DNA of 64,000 bases from Moniliella sp. 'wahieum' (lineage: Eukaryota), in the NCBI GenBank assembly GCA_003971905.1, contig RSEE01000010.1, forward strand, positions 124,001 through 188,000. Reading direction: 5' to 3'. Shown here piece by piece: positions 13,921 through 28,027 of this stretch. Position 1 is the stretch's first letter. The number at the start of each line of letters is the position of its first letter. Under the pieces are notes generated by a model. That model ran no database searches, was not told the origin of the DNA, and saw nothing but the letters and a program-made list of their open reading frames with translations. The translations under genes were made by a program, and so were the position numbers.

Positions 13921-13965
13921 CACGTGACCACGTGATCTGCAATGGGTGGTCACACCGGTCACGTG
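13921..13965. promoter_or_regulatory. Cluster of three CACGTG E-boxes (bHLH/Cbf1-type) ~100-140 bp upstream of an ATG
   Basis: CACGTG at 13921, 13929 and 13960; all three match the RTCACGTG consensus on one strand. Confidence 0.4.
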
Positions 13966-14062
13966 CCCCCAGCGAGCACGCGTAGCCAAGCAGACCCAGT
14001 CCAACCTCCACCTCCACCAGCCGGTTGCCTCCGCCACACACCACCACCACACCTCCACCACC

Positions 14063-15677
14063 ATGTCTCCGCGCCCATCGGCACGCCCGCCACGCCTGCG
14101 CGCGCCATGCGCTCCCGGATGCAGCGCCGCTCCTCCCTCCTCCCTTCGGCCGTGCCGGGCTCCCAGCGCAGGGCGCCCAGCCCCATCAAGCCCCGCATCC
14201 TCTTCCCCCACCGCCCCCGTTCCTCCTTGGGCGGCGCCGCCCAGTCCCAGCGCCGATCCCGCGGCCGCACAAGCGGCCTGCTCGCCATCCCTCTTCCCCT
14301 GCACTCGAGACGCTTGACGACACGGACGAGCAGGCGTGGTGGCACGACTTGGGCGAGGTGGAGCCCAGCTCGGATCTGGTTCGGCGTCTCGTCCAGGCCC
14401 TGGAGGAGCAGAAACAGGCCCATGCGGCCCAGCGCGCCAACGCGGTGCAGGTACGTCTTTGTGTTTCCGGAGTGGGGGATTAATTGGTGGGGTAGTGGTA
14501 GTGGGAGTCGGGACTGTGATTGTGACTGTGCGCGAGAAACTGACGCTGCTTGGTTCAGCTGATCCAGGAGCAGCAGGCGTTCCAAGCCAACATGCAGCAA
14601 ACCACTCGCCTGCATCAACTGCAGCTGCAAGAAGAAAAGCGCAGGAACCAAGAAGCACTCGATGTGGCCGAGGACGAGTTTTCGAACCAAGAACGTATCT
14701 TGGCCGCTACACAAAAGGACAATGAACGATTGATGATCCAAATTGGGTTGCTGCAGTCGTCCCTGGACGATTGCGTGTACGCCTTGGCTGAAGCGTATGG
14801 CGCGAATGAATGGCAGTCTGTCTTGGAACAGGCTGCTGCCGAACGCGCTGGCAAGACGGACGATTCGAAACACCCTCGTCTCTCCTTTGGCTCTTCCGCC
14901 CCGGCTGAACCCCTCCACCGATCCCTCCAAGCTCGCTCTTTTGCCCTTCACAATAACTTACCCCCTGTCCCATCCGACCAGCGGTCTTCCTCCTCCTTCC
15001 AGCACCTTCACAACGTCAGGCACTCAGCTGCTTCCCAAGGGCCCACCCCCAGTGCCGCACCAGGGGGGCTCACGCCCTGGTCCGTCCCACACCAGGACCC
15101 GGACGCAGAAGAGGATGAATCCGAAGTCAGCCTCTTGCTTCAACCCACCTCGCACCTCGCCTCCCAAGACACCTCCCTCGCTCTCGATTCGTACAGCGGC
15201 GAAACCGATTCGGCCGGCCACCTTGGTCCTGCCACTTTGGATGTACCCATGCGCACGCCCAAGTCGCGTCGGGTGAGTAACATGACCGCCGTCACCGCCC
15301 TTACCCCACACGAGTACTCGTCCCAGATGGACGCCTCGTTTGCCACACCTGGCGGCGGGGACGAGGAGCTGGAAGATCGCGATGAATCGGTCTTGGTTCC
15401 TGATGCGGCCCAAGAGGAGGAACAAGTCGATGGGCACAGTGAACACCGTGCGCAGAGTGAGCAGAATGAGCAGAATGAGCAAGAACATGACCCGCATCGT
15501 CTGAAGCTCGAGGCGGTACGACTGGCCTTGTTGGGCATGCAACGTGACCTTGCGCTGGACGTGTACTCGCGCCACGAATACGTTCGTAAGGCCGACGAGA
15601 AGATCTCCACGTTGGAAGAGTTGGTGGCGAGCATGGCCCGCGGGCATGGAATTTCTCTCCCGGCTCTGAGAGCGTAG
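14063..15677 (+). CDS. Hypothetical coiled-coil protein (intron ~14451-14558)
   Basis: ATG in CCACCATG context, a GTACGT..CTGAC..CAG intron, and a 375-aa ORF with heptad-rich N- and C-terminal segments around a disordered middle. Confidence 0.7.
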
Positions 15678-16239
15678 CGTGTAGCACGAAGCGCGCAGCG
15701 CAAAGTCCAGCAGCTGTCTTCCTTCCCTTGGGCCCTCCCCTGGCACTGAATACTGAATTCGAATGTGTGAGCGTCAGATATGCATATAGGTGTTGAACTT
15801 CAACGTTGAGCACGGTGAACTTCCAGTCGGTGCACCTCTTCTCACTTTGTTGCGGACGGAGCGGGCCGCACGGCCTCTCACTAAGCGACTGGGGCGATCG
15901 CGAGGATCAGGGCGGGTTTGTGCGTTTCCTCCTTTCAAGGAGAACAGCCGCACCTCTAACCGAACCAACTTTCATGCCCCACGAACCGAGAGGGGGCGCA
16001 CAACCGACGCTTGAGTTCGCTGGTCTCGATTATCGATTATCGATTATCGATTCTCGGACGGGGCCGATCGAGTGACTAGGCACTAGTGACGCGCGGAACC
16101 GGAACGGCACGGTGATTTTTTCAGTCTCTGTCCCACCACCGACTGCTGGACGCCCCATCCACGTACCCCACGTATCCGCCGTACCCCAAGTACCCCACCG
16201 TACCCTCCAACCAACCTCCCCGCTCCGCCTGCTTGCACC

Positions 16240-17300
16240 ATGGTAGCGCCCAGTGGGACCTACGCTGCCATCGTCTTCCCGTGGCACTTGCCAAGAGCGC
16301 TGTGCGGGCGCTGCTGCCTTCCTGGCTATGCGACGGGTGCGAAGGCGAGCCTTTGCAGCCGATCCCGTCGGACGTATGGACGGCACTTGGTGTGCCCCCC
16401 GCTACCGCCCACGACGCTCATCTGCTTCTCGTCCAGCTCGGATGGCAAGCCGGCACAGGTATCGGCCCCCGCGCGTTCGGCTTCCACTTTCATGAGTTTA
16501 AAATCGACGTACCCTACGTCGCTCATCCCCAGTGGACTTCCTTGGTCCACTCGCATCCCTCCCCCAACCTCGACCCGGACCTGGGGGTACACGTACCCTC
16601 CCGCCGCAACTCGTCCTGCCCAGCATTCACTTTCAAGCTGGCCATTGGATTTGACCGGAGGCTGCTCCACCTCGCCGGGTTTATCGCCCGGGCCCCGAAC
16701 GGTGCCTGTACGCCGGCGCGGGCATACTACACGCCCTCAAACGCGCACTTTACCTCTCCCGTTCACCCACCAGCGTCGCCGAGACAGAGGATGGCACACG
16801 TCCAGCAACACCTGCAGGCGCAGATGCAGATGCAGATGCAGATGCAGGAGGTACGGGTGCAGGTACGGGTGCGGATCCATGTTCCCCCACCGCATCCACG
16901 CCGTACGCACAAGGTGTCTACCCACACACTTCCCCTTCGCTCGCTGCCTACCCGCCCCACGCGCCATCCATCTCCTATACCGCTCCCCAGTGCGTAGCCG
17001 TCAAGTTCACCTGCGTCCCCCCGCCCACCACGGTAGATACGGCTGGTACGGGTGCCGCGGCAGGTACGGGTACCGCGGCTCCTACGCCTAGTGGTTCTGG
17101 TGCCGCGGGTACGGCTGGTCGCTGTACCGACGCGGCGGGGTGGGCGGCAGTGCAGCACTTGTTGGCGCTGCCGTGGTTTGGCGCGTGGACAGGTACCAAG
17201 TTGGTTGAGGTACGTATTCCGTATCCCCCCGTCCCGTACTGTCTCGTGCCGTGCCGTACCGTAGGCTGCAAGGCGTAGGCCTCAGGCGGTCGGGGTGTTG
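16240..17300 (+). CDS. Hypothetical fungal protein; 3' end uncertain
   Basis: MVAPSGTYAAIVFPWHLP shifts frame into a globular-looking segment 'AVRALLP..LLLVQLGWQAGTG..FHEFKIDVPYVAHP..FTFKLAIGF'. Confidence 0.45.
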
Positions 17301-17400
17301 AGAGCCAAGCCGTGCAAACGGGCAACGTGAAGGCTGACTATAGTGACCTTCTTTTCTCGGGTTTGGGGCATATGGTTTGCTGTTTTTCTGTGGGGGGGCG

Positions 17401-17450
17401 CATGGTACACGTTACATGGTACACGTTACACGGTACACGTTACACGGTAC
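17401..17450. repeat. 14-bp tandem repeat (GGTACACGTTACAY, ~3.5 copies)
   Basis: Directly visible in the sequence. Confidence 0.9.
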
Positions 17451-18192
17451 GTTGCTTGCTGGATGGGATACCTATATCATCTCGCGAAATAGTTTGCATT
17501 TGACTTTGCTCCTCCCGCGTCCTCCTTCACCACATCCTCCGCATCATCCTCCGCGGCATCCTCCGCGGCATCCACCCCATTCTCACCAGCCAACACGCCT
17601 TTGCCCGTCGAGACCTACCAAGTCGCGTCCGGGACGCTGTACCCGCGCTTTTTGGGCTCGCCCACGTCGGTCGCCGCGGCGGCAACGCTGCTGCTGCTGC
17701 TGCTGCTGCTGCTCACGATGGTGCACAGGATGGTACGCCGGATGGTCCGCCGGATGGTACGTCGGATGGTACGCAGGATGGTATGCAGGCTGGCGTGTGT
17801 GGGCGCGGACTGGCGTGGGCCTCGCTCGATGCGCACAGCGGAGTTCGCGTGCCAGCTACCCCGGCCTGGCGGTTTACCGCGCGGTTCCAGGGCCGCGAAC
17901 GCGCGCTGAGCACGTACCGCTCCTGAAACTTCAAGGGACAGTAGGTGTGCATGAGGACGTGTGTACGTGTCTACGTGTGTGCGTGTGCGTGTGTAGGCCT
18001 GTGTGGGGTATGTGTGCGTGGGTGAGGGAGAGAGGTAGCTAGCTCAAGATGCATTGTTACGTTGGAGGTGGGGGTGGGGGTGGGGGTGGAGACCACCGCG
18101 TGTTTTTTTGGGGGGGAGGAGCAAGGGAGGAAAGGAAAGGAGAGGAGAGGAGAGGAGCGGAGAGGAGAAAGACGACAAGGGAAGATCAAGGA

Positions 18193-19045
18193 TCATCGTT
18201 GGGCATTAGCAAACCCAGGCGGGGGTGCATTGGCAGGCGGAGGCGGCGAGCCAACGGCGGTGGCGGCTGAGACGTCGCAGACGGGGGCAAACCCAGGCGG
18301 AGGCTGGGACGGATTGAATCCCGGTGGCGGACGGGTGGGCACAAAGCCCGGCGGCGGCACGCGAGGGTTAAACCCCGGCGGCGGGACCGAGGGATTGAAC
18401 CCCGGTGGCGGCCGGGGGGGGTTGAACGTAGGAGGAGGCACGTGCGGAGGCGGGAAAGGCATCGACATCCCCATAGATCCAGAAACTGGCACGGGAGGTC
18501 CAGCGGCCCGAATGCCCCATGGTCGAGCACCGGTCCCAGGTCCACTTCCTGACTCTCCCCGCCACCGAGGTACCCCCACCAGTTACCGACGCAGGTGGAG
18601 CCGTTGTGCCCGGCGGAACGCCCAGTACGAACCCGTCGTCACCTACGCCCAAGCGAATCGGTGCCCGGTAATCGGGACCTGGGTCAAGCCACGCGCAGCA
18701 CGAGGCCCATTGAGCCCCATCAGGCGCACGTCCGTCCCCGTCGCAAGCGAATTGGGACGCGGGAGGTGATGCGCATCGTAGCTGCGCGCCACGCCGTCAA
18801 TGATTTCTTGCGCTTGGGCTTGGTCGACGTTGGCGTAGTAGTCGCGCACGTTGGCGAGGTGGTTGTGGCCGGTATTGTGCACGCGGCGAACTGGGCAAGC
18901 AAGCAAAGAAAGACAGAAAGAAAGAAAGGGTTAGAAGACGCGGGGGCAAGGGTGCGAGGGTCGGGCGCCCGAGGCAGAAGGACGTACCAGCAGGCGAGTC
19001 GTGGGTGAGGAACACGTCGCAGTAGTCGCAGTAGTGCTTTCCCAT
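18193..19045 (-). CDS. YHC1: U1 snRNP protein C (intron 18891-18987)
   Basis: Spliced [38 protein letters not shown] is a U1-type zinc finger, followed by a Pro-rich PPPGFNP-repeat tail. Confidence 0.96.
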
Positions 19046-19448
19046 GGCAGGCCAACGCGGTGCACAGCGCACAGACCGGGAGCAGGAGGTGGAGGTGGTG
19101 GCGATGGAGGTGCACGGGCAGCTCTGGTGCTTGTTCGACCCAGGCCAGGCGGGCCAAGCAGCGGAATGGGCGGTGGTTCCGCCCCCCCCCCCCGATGGTT
19201 GCTCCGAACACGTGCCATTTTGAAATGGTCAAGAGCTGCGTTTCCCATTTCACTTTCCCACCCTCCGTTTCCCAGGTCGAAAGCACAGCGCCCATTCCCC
19301 TTCCCCATTCCGCCCGTCGGCAGGCGGAAGCAAGGCGGAAGCGGAGGCGGCGGGCGCTTCGTTTCTTCTTGATGCGCTGCCCCGCTGCGGCGGCGGCGGC
19401 GGCGGGCTGAATGCCTCCTCCCCACCGCGTCCCTCGCCCACCGCCGCC

Positions 19449-20576
19449 ATGTCGTTCCCGTGCAACTGGGCCTGTTCGGAGGCGGCTTGGCTGTCGGAGC
19501 AGTGGGTGGCTTCTTTGCCACCCGCTCCAAGCCTGCTCCCAACCCCGCCGCCCCTGCAGCACCCGTCGCAGCCCCCCCCGCCGGCCGGCTACAGCACTGG
19601 CTCCCGCCCGAGGCGGCCTCGGCCGCCATCCCCTTCTTTAGCCGCGACACGCTCAAGTGGACCGGAACCACCCCTGGGCCCGTATCGGATCTACTGGAGA
19701 ACCAAGCGTATGTGGCTGGGTACGACGTCGGTTGCGTCATCCGGCCTGGACGGCGGAACACATTAGTGCGCAAACGTTGTTGCGCGGACCGCAGCCGCCT
19801 GGCGCACCGCCCCGTGGCGATCGCAAAAAGTCCACGTTCCATGAAGATGAGCGGGTCCCGCCCGTTCCGCGCGCGCTTGGCCGATTACTTCGCTCGGGCT
19901 ACGATCGCGGCCATATGGTGCCCGCGTCGGACGCGCGCATTAATCAGGCGGCGATGAACCAGACGTTTTCCTTGACCAACATTTGTCCCCAGGTGGGCGA
20001 AGGGTTTAATCGCGATTACTGGGCTGGCGTGGTGCGTATTTTTTGTTTTTTTGTGTTTTTTTGTGGGTTGTTGTCGGGTTGGTTGGCTAACGCGCCGACG
20101 CAATGCAGGAAGAGTATGTGCGTGACTTGACCAACAAGTTTGCGGACCTGTAGTGTTTACCGTGCCTCTGTACCTGCCCAAGCCGGATCCAGCCAAGCCA
20201 GGCAAGTTTAAGGTGGAGTACGAGGTGATTGGCAACCTCCCAATGTGGCTGTTCCCACCCACTTTGCCAAGGTGATCCTCGGTGTGCAGGGCACCAACCC
20301 GCCCGCGGCCACGCCAGCGTCGGCACTGGTGCAGCAGGCCGGCGCACTGGCTTTGGATGCATTTGTCATTCCCAACGAGGTGGTGCCCAACTCGACGCCG
20401 CTGCGCTCGTTTGCCTGCCGGTCGAGGCGGTGGAACGGGCGAGTGGGCTGACGCTCTTCTCGGCGCCAGTCAAGGCCAAGGCACGGAGCCTGTGCGACGT
20501 GGCGGGGTGCGAGGTGATCATCCGCCAGTTCAACGACAAGGCGAAAACAGCTCAAGGGCTGCCTGCGCCCAAGTGA
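19449..20576 (+). CDS. NUC1: Mitochondrial DNA/RNA non-specific nuclease, endonuclease G family (intron ~20032-20108)
   Basis: 'RLRHPAWTAEH', active-site 'SGYDRGHMVPASD', 'TFSLTNICPQVGEGFNRDYWA', 'VPTHFAKVIL', 'VEAVERASGL'. Confidence 0.96.
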
Positions 20577-21263
20577 TTGATTGCATTGGCTGGCTGTGTG
20601 TGCGGGGGGGTAGGCGTGGCAGATGTAAGGGGGCAGGTGGGAAATGTGATTGGGTGGCTGTCGTTGGGCAGCTGCGCATCTGCAGACGCAAGGAGGCGCC
20701 CCGCGCGTCGGGAGCGCAAGGGGTGGCTGTGTTGTGTCGCTTGGTGTGCCTCGGAGCGCAAGGGGTGGCTGTTTGTGTCGCTTGGGTGCGCCCCGCAGCC
20801 GCGGAGGGCCGGTGGCGCTGTGCGCAGCTGCGGCTTATCCGCGCTGAGGCTGCGCGCTAACCCCGCCCGCCGCCAGCCGATGCCCGCTGGGATGCGCTGC
20901 TCCAGGCGGCTGCGATGCATGACGCGCATGACGCCATCCATCCCCGCTGCTCCCCCGCCGGCTGCGCGCACCAGCACACTCCGCCCGCCGGCTAAACGCT
21001 ACAGCCAGCCACACCCGCTGCCGCTGCTCCATCCCGCCGGCTTTGGCGTCTGTCCGCGGCTCTCCGCCATTGAGAGATTATTGCGACGTCTCTGGGCGCT
21101 GTCGTCCCCTGGCTCCTTGCGGTCTCTGCGCATCCTCCTTTACAGCGTTACCCTCCATCCCTAATATACATCCCTCCATGCCCACATCCTTGTCCATGAA
21201 ATATACACCCCCGTGTCTGCCCCCCCACCTCCACCTCCACCTCCACCGCCCCCTGCCCCCATC

Positions 21264-23077
21264 ATGCGCGCACCCAGCCGCAGCCCCTCCTCCGGCCCGC
21301 CGCCGCCGCCCTCCGCCTCGCTCGTCCGCCGCGCCCTCTCGCCCCGCCTTCGCCGCGCCCTCTTCGCGCCCAGCGGCCCCCCACCGCCAGCCCCCTCGGT
21401 GCACTGCGCCCGCCCGCCCGCCGCCCGCACCTACAGCACCGCCGCCCCCGTGCCCCACGTCACCTCGACCTGCCCCACGGCGGCACGGCCAGCTTCAGTG
21501 GCGGCCTGTACATCGAGTGCGTTTCCCCCCTGCCCTCGGTTCCCGATCCCTTTCGTGCCAGGCCGGACAGAGCGCATGGTGGCTAACGCTATATCGCTCT
21601 CCCTGTTCGCTCTCCTCTCCGTAGTGGCCAATGGGTGGCGTCCCAAACGGGCGAGACGCTGGACTGCTTCAACCCGGCGACGAAGGAAAAGATCGCGACC
21701 ATTGCGCAAGGCGATGAGTTGGATATCGAATTGGCTGTCCAGGCGGCCCGGCGGGCGTTCAAGACGACCTGGGGGCTGCACACCACGGGGCCCCAACGCG
21801 CCGTCTTGCTCAACAAACTCGTGCGTCTGATCGAAGACAACTACGACGAGCTGGCTGCGATCGAGGCTATCGACGGGGGAAAACCTTTGTCGATCGCCAA
21901 GTCGTTCGATGTCGCCCAACTGCTCGAAGCGTTTCGCTACTTTGCCGGATGGGCCGATAAACATTCAGGCCAAGTCTTGTCGGGTGAAAACCCTCATTTT
22001 TCCAGTACACGCGCCTCGAACCGATCGGCGTATGCGGCGCCATTGTACCGTGGAACTACCCGCTCATGTTGACGGCTTGGAAGTTGGGCCCGGCCTTGGC
22101 TACGGGCAACACGGTGGTGCTCAAGTCGGCTGAAAACACACCCTTGTCCGCTCTCAAACTGTTCGAGTTGATTGACAAGGCTGGTTTCCCCAAGGGCGTC
22201 GTCAACCTCGTCACGGCCTCGGTACCGGTGCAGGGAACGCCATGGCCGAACACATGGACATTGATAAGATCTCCTTTACGGGCTCCACACGCGTCGGCCG
22301 CGTAGTCATGAAGGCCGCAGCCAATACGAATTTGAAAAAGGTCACGCTCGAGTTGGGAGGCAAATCACCGTCGGTCGTCTTGGCTGATGCCGACTTGGAA
22401 CAGGCCGTATCATGGTGCACGATGGGCGTCAACTTTAACATGGGCCAAACTTGTTGCGCCGGAACGCGGATTTACGTTGAGGAATCGATTTACGATGAGT
22501 TCCTCGCCCGGCTCAAGGAAAAGTTTGACTCGATCCGCGTCGGCGACCCGTTTGACCAGGCTACGTACCTCGGTCCTCAAATTAGCAAGGCCCAGTACGA
22601 ACGGATCTTGCACTTATCGATGTGGGCAAGACCGAAGGCACCCTCGTCACAGGTGGGCGGGCGCTCGACGCAACGCGCTACACGGGCCAAGGTAAACCCA
22701 ATGGCTGGTTCATCGAGCCCACCATCTTTGCCGATTGCGCTGAAGACTCAGTGATCAGCAGGGAAGAAATCTTTGGCCCCGTGGTGGTGGTGCACAAGTT
22801 CAAAGACCACGACGACTTGCTGCACAAAGCTAACGATTCCATGTACGGTTTGGCTGCTGGCGTGTTCTCGCGCGACGTGAGCAAGGCTCTCAAGACCGCA
22901 CATGCGCTCCAAGCTGGTTCGGTCTGGGTCAACACGTACAACGCCTTATCGGCCCAGGTCCCCTTTGGAGGGTACAAGGCCTCCGGCATCGGTCGTGAAA
23001 ACGCTAGTTATGCCTTGGAAAATTACGTTCAGGTCAAGGCCGTCTCAATTAACATTGATGCGCCCAACCCATTGTAG
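21264..23077 (+). CDS. NAD(P)+-dependent aldehyde dehydrogenase with an Arg/Ser-rich, probably mitochondrial presequence (intron ~21518-21624)
   Basis: 'PWNYPL', '[11 protein letters not shown]', 'TLELGGKSP', '[10 protein letters not shown]', 'EEIFGPV', '[13 protein letters not shown]'. Confidence 0.97.
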
Positions 23078-23899
23078 GTCAGTTGCATCCGTTGCATTCG
23101 TTGCATCCGTGGCATCTGTTCACCTCGCACCACACCACCACCCCAACCACTCGAATTCTTTCCTACCCATCTCGCTTTCAGCCTATCGTGAACCCATCCA
23201 TGGTGGGAAACCACGAACCCCTCCACTCACAGATCGCTTATGAATCTCGACGCATGCCCCCCCCCCCCTCCTCCCAGTTTTGCTCTTTTTTCCCCTTTTC
23301 TTTTTTCTTTCCTCCCTCGCCACCTCCTAGCTACTGCGCCGGCGCTGTCAATCTCGTCTTGTCCGGCGCGTACCTACTATGCCTTCTTTCGGAGTTGGTG
23401 CCATTGTCCCCTGACGCCTTTTTCCGAGTTCCTTGCTGCGTTCAGCCTAGGCTGCCTTGCCTTCCATACCTCAATACCATGCTGTTTTTTTTTCTTTCGC
23501 TTCGTCTTCCGCCACGGAGTGCGGTGCAGTAGACCACAGCACCCGCCAGACCAGGATCCACGCACCAAACACTAAGCACCAAGTACCACGCACACCATGC
23601 TAGATGCGGAGGACTATACTATACTAGACCATTGACCAGTTCCCTTCCATCCTGCATCCTCCTTGCTTTGGTCCAACATGTCATTCCCCACCGCGTCAGA
23701 CACTCCTCCCTACTCCCCCTCCTCGGTTCGGGTCTGGGACAGGGGACACATCCACCCCCGCCTCCCGCCGTCCATGGTTAACGTCTAACCTTGAAGTGCG
23801 ACATGGGACATGTGACATGTGACTTCACGCCCGAGGCGGCGTCGTAGCCGCCGCGTACCGATCCTCATCTTCCTCCCCCTCGCCCTCCTCCGACGTCAA

Positions 23900-26800
23900 A
23901 CTGCCCTCTGTCGACACGGCCCAGTGCGAGTCGGGGATCAAATCCGATCGCCCCACTTGGCCTCCCCTTGCAGGTTCAGCTTCTCCCTCGGTAGCAGTTA
24001 CCGTTCCACCACCCGTTCCATTCGCTCCGTCCGTTTCGCCCGTTGCCCCCGGCGTACGATCCCGATCCTCATCCCATCCCGCCTGTCCTGCGCCCCGCGC
24101 GCTTCGCCGGGATCGCGATCATGTTGCGTCCCCCGCGGCGGCTGGCTCGCGGCCTCGGGTTCGGGTTCGGGTTCGGGTTCGGTCTGGGTCGGGGTTTGGG
24201 TCTGGGTTGGAGTGGCGCGGGTGGGTGAGAGCTTGGTCCTGCGCTGGGTTTTGCGCTCGGACCGCGACCCCGCCTGGTCCTGGTCCTGGCCCTGGTCCTG
24301 GTCCTGGTCCTGGTCCTGGTCCTGGTCTGGTCTTCGTCCTGGCCTTCGTCCTCGGCCTCGGAGGCAGAAGGAGAAGCAGAAGGAGACGCAGAGGCAGAAG
24401 CAGAAGCCGAAGCTGAGGGGGAAGAGAGGGAGTCTGATTCGAGCTCGGTGAGTGGCGAGGAAGGTTGTGGTTCGGTGTAATTTCGCGTCCGCCATCGGCA
24501 CGTCCGTGCGGGTACACCAGTTGACCTTGTAACGCTTCTCGCACCAAGCCCAGATCATCAAATGGCGCTAGACTTAACCGTTTCAGCCCCTCGGCTCTAG
24601 GCGGCCAAACGTAAGCCCCGCCAGGCTAGACTCGATTGTCGCTCAGTACGCTGCAGCCAGGCTTGCCCCGCTGCCGATCCCGATCCAGTGCCCAATCCCA
24701 TGGCTCGTTCGGTCGCCAGTTGGTGTTCAATCTGCTTGATGCGGTCCTGGGCAAGAGACGCTCGGCTGCTCGCTTCCGCCAGCACGGACGAGGAGGGAAT
24801 GTGGGCTCGCATCACACCAATTTCTTTCTCCACCTCGGCTAGCTCAGCTTGCTTGGCTGCCAGCTGGCGCTGCCACGTTCGCTAGGTTCGGTGGGAGGAC
24901 TGGGCGTCAGCGTCGGTAGTTTCGGCCGTTGCAGCCGTTCCCTCACCACCATCCACCGCCGTACCTGTACATCTGTACCTGCACCTGTACCTGTAGTACC
25001 TGTACCTTCCTCCTGCACCAAGATGTCAACGAGGCCACTTGCTCCTGCAGCTGGTCCCGCCTCGCTTCTAGCGATGCACTTGGCTCTTGAGCGAGATGAC
25101 GGTGGTCCGATGGGCTTGCAGCGCACGCAATTGTGCTTTCCGACGCCACAGTTGTTCTCTTGCCTCGCGACCCGAGTAGGTAGTTCCAGCTCCTTCCGTC
25201 GCTCCTGCTCCTGCCGCCACCTCGTCCCGCTGGGCATCCAACTGCCGCTCCAGCTCCAGCCAGGCGCCACGTACGTACTCACATCCGTCCCGCTCAAGGG
25301 GGGGAACTCGAGTTCCTCCAGACCGTCAGTCGGGACCGTAACGTACTCCCCCTCTTCGTTTTCACGGCGGCGCGTGCCGGCGCGCGGGGGCGGGACACCA
25401 TCTTGCCAAGCGCCTGTAACGCCGCGGTGCCAAGGGAGAAAGTAGGTTGTCCTGCACGCTGGGTACGCATTCGCTTCAAAGGTACTTCCCACCGCCGAGC
25501 TTCGTCCGTCTCGACGGCGGGACATCGAGCACAGGTGCCCGCTCGTTCTTCCATGTGATCCACGCGTGTTCTAATCGAATGGTACGCAGCATGGCAGATA
25601 CCAGCCCGTGTCGCCGGTTGGGCACAACCAGCTTGTCCAACAAGTCTAGCACCGCACGCCATTGTCCACGACAAAATTGTTCTTCCTTGTCAGATAAGAC
25701 GTAGGGCCGGTGACTGATCTTGTTGCTCGTCTCGGTCCACACTTGCCTCCGTTGCGGCGTAAATTCTAGTAGGTATTGCAGCAGAATCAGGATTTGGAAC
25801 AACACTTGCCGTCGGAAAGAAGGATCGCGCACCTACCGTTCGTAATCAGTATAGAGAACGAATGGGTTCAACACGGGCGCACAGGGGAAGGGGGGGGGGG
25901 GGGGGGGACCAGTGTCACACGTACTTCCGATGGGAAATTGTCCTTGCCAGTCAAGTACTTGGGGTAGAACGAATCCTCTTCTTCTTCTTCCTCCTCCTCG
26001 GCTTCCTTCTCGCCTTCCGGCGGGGTAGCAGGTGCATCCAGGTCCATGCCACGGCACCCGCATCGGCAGCGCACCGACGACACGCGTCGCTTGCCAGGAA
26101 GTAGCGTCTGTTTTTCTCGTTCCTCCTTGGCCGCCGTACCAGCCAAGAGTTCCTCGTACGTATTGACCCGATGGAAAAAGTGCAAGATCTCCACGAGCGC
26201 GCGGGCCAACTCGTGCATCGATCCCTTGGACGTAGTGCCTTCCGTCGGGCGCACGTTGCCCTCCAACGGATCAGGTTGCGCTAGGTCCAATAGGTTGGGG
26301 GGTAAGACGGTGGCTTGCTCAAACAGCACGGCTGGGTTGCGGAAGAAGGTCTGGGTGGCCCAGAACAACGCGTAAAACCGATCGATGGAAGCACAGGGCC
26401 ATCGGATTCGGTGGAACTCGTAGCGTCGCGCCGACGCTTGCCTTGGGTCGTAGTGGTCCCTGCTGGACGCTGCGGGCGCGGGGGCAGGCGTTGGTGCGGG
26501 TGTGGAGGCGGGCGCAATGGAGACCGTATCCCATTCGGTGATGTTTTTCAAATTAAACTCGCCCTTGAGGTTGCTGGCACTGCGGTCTCCCAAAGGAAAG
26601 GCAACCGACAACAATGTTGCTATCCGCCCGGCCAACAAGGTATGCGCCATGACGGGCTTGGATAGGCGGCGTAGCATTTCGTTGGCCATACGAAGCACGA
26701 CAGGGCCCTTGCCGCGCCGGGGACGAGGTTGCGGAATAACCGCTGACGTCGTACATGGAGGTAATCCAACAACGCACCAAATTGGTCTGTCACCAACAAG

Positions 26801-27160
26801 TCCGATGTCCCTTCGAGTGTGACCAGCGCCGCGACCGGGTCGACCACCCCCGCTTCCTCTAGCGCAAGCAGCGCATCGCACCGATCCAACACACGCTCAA
26901 GCAAAGGGAACTGATCCAGCACCCAGCGCGACACGTACTGCGACGTAGCTTCGCCGTAACGCTTCTTCCTCCTCGGGCCCACTGGGCGGGACATAGGATG
27001 CCACCTCGGTGGCCAGGGCGGCGAAGACCGAGGGCGGGAGCAGGCCCGTCGCCGGCCCGCTCGCCCGCGCTTCGTCCAGGACCCGGTCGAGGGAAGCGAG
27101 CAGCGGAGCGAGCCGCGCGTACAGCTGCGGGATTGTGCCGGACGCCGCCGGTTGGGCCAT
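23900..27160 (-). CDS. THOC1: THO complex subunit 1 (intron ~25833-25923); 3' end low-complexity and approximate
   Basis: 'GKGPVVLRMANEMLRRLSK..LAGRI..AFPLGDRSASNLKGEFN', 'FYPKYLTG', 'DPSFRRQVLFQILILLQYL', 'EHAWITWKN'. Confidence 0.92.
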
Positions 27161-27573
27161 GGCGCGCGTAGGGGAGGTGGAGGTGGAGGTATTCAGTGGA
27201 TGGGCGAAGCGCCGATTGGATGGGCGAAGGCCGCGCGGAATTGCGTCGGCACTGCATTCCGCCGCGGCAGGCGAGGATGGATGGTAGCTGAACGTTTCTA
27301 TCCTGCGTCTCGTGGCCACCGCTGGCACCATCCAGCCACTCTCGCCGCCATCCCATCCCATCCGCCCGTCGGGCGCAAGTCAGGCCGTGATGGTTGCGAA
27401 TTAGCATGTGTGTATATGCAGTCGACGGGCCCATGGAGGAGACTATGGCGTGCGGTGCAAAGAGTGGCAAAAGGTAGAAATACAGTGGCACATCTATTGG
27501 CTGTGGGGCAGCCGAGACGCTCGCTCGCCCGCTTGGCCCCATCCAACCGAACCGCGAGCAAGCGCTCCGCACG

Positions 27574-28027
27574 CTAAAAATCGGTCGAGCGCCCGCCAAA
27601 CGTCCATTCGCGGTCCCATGCAAGCGGGTCCTTCTTCGGGCCGCCAATCTCGCCCGTGGTGGGGTTGACCTCGCCATCAAAGTCGGGCTGGATGGGCTTG
27701 CGCGCATCGGATGGAGCTCCTCGGTGGGGTGGTGAACTGGAGCTTGTCTGGGGCAGGGTTAGGCACGGCGGCAACAGAGGAAAAACGCATGCAAGCGAGA
27801 CTGCACTCGTACTTTGGTTCTCCTTGACCAGCCGCTCAAACTCGGCCTGGTCTTCCTTGGGCAGCGGCATGGGGCCAGGGCGGTTGAAGGGGAGCGGCGG
27901 GTCCTTGGCTGCGTGTGCCGCGGCGGACGTGGCGAGCGTGCGCAGCTGGCCATGCGCGCGGGCAGCAGCGACGCCAGGCGGAGACACGCGGGGGGCATGG
28001 AGGTGGGGGCGGTGGGGCAAAAGCCAT
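27574..28027 (-). CDS. SDH8: Succinate dehydrogenase assembly factor 4 (DUF1674; one intron ~27748-27810)
   Basis: 'PGPMPLPKEDQAEFERL' and C-terminal 'DFDGEVNPTTGEIGGPKKDPL..EWTFGGRSTDF*'. Confidence 0.93.
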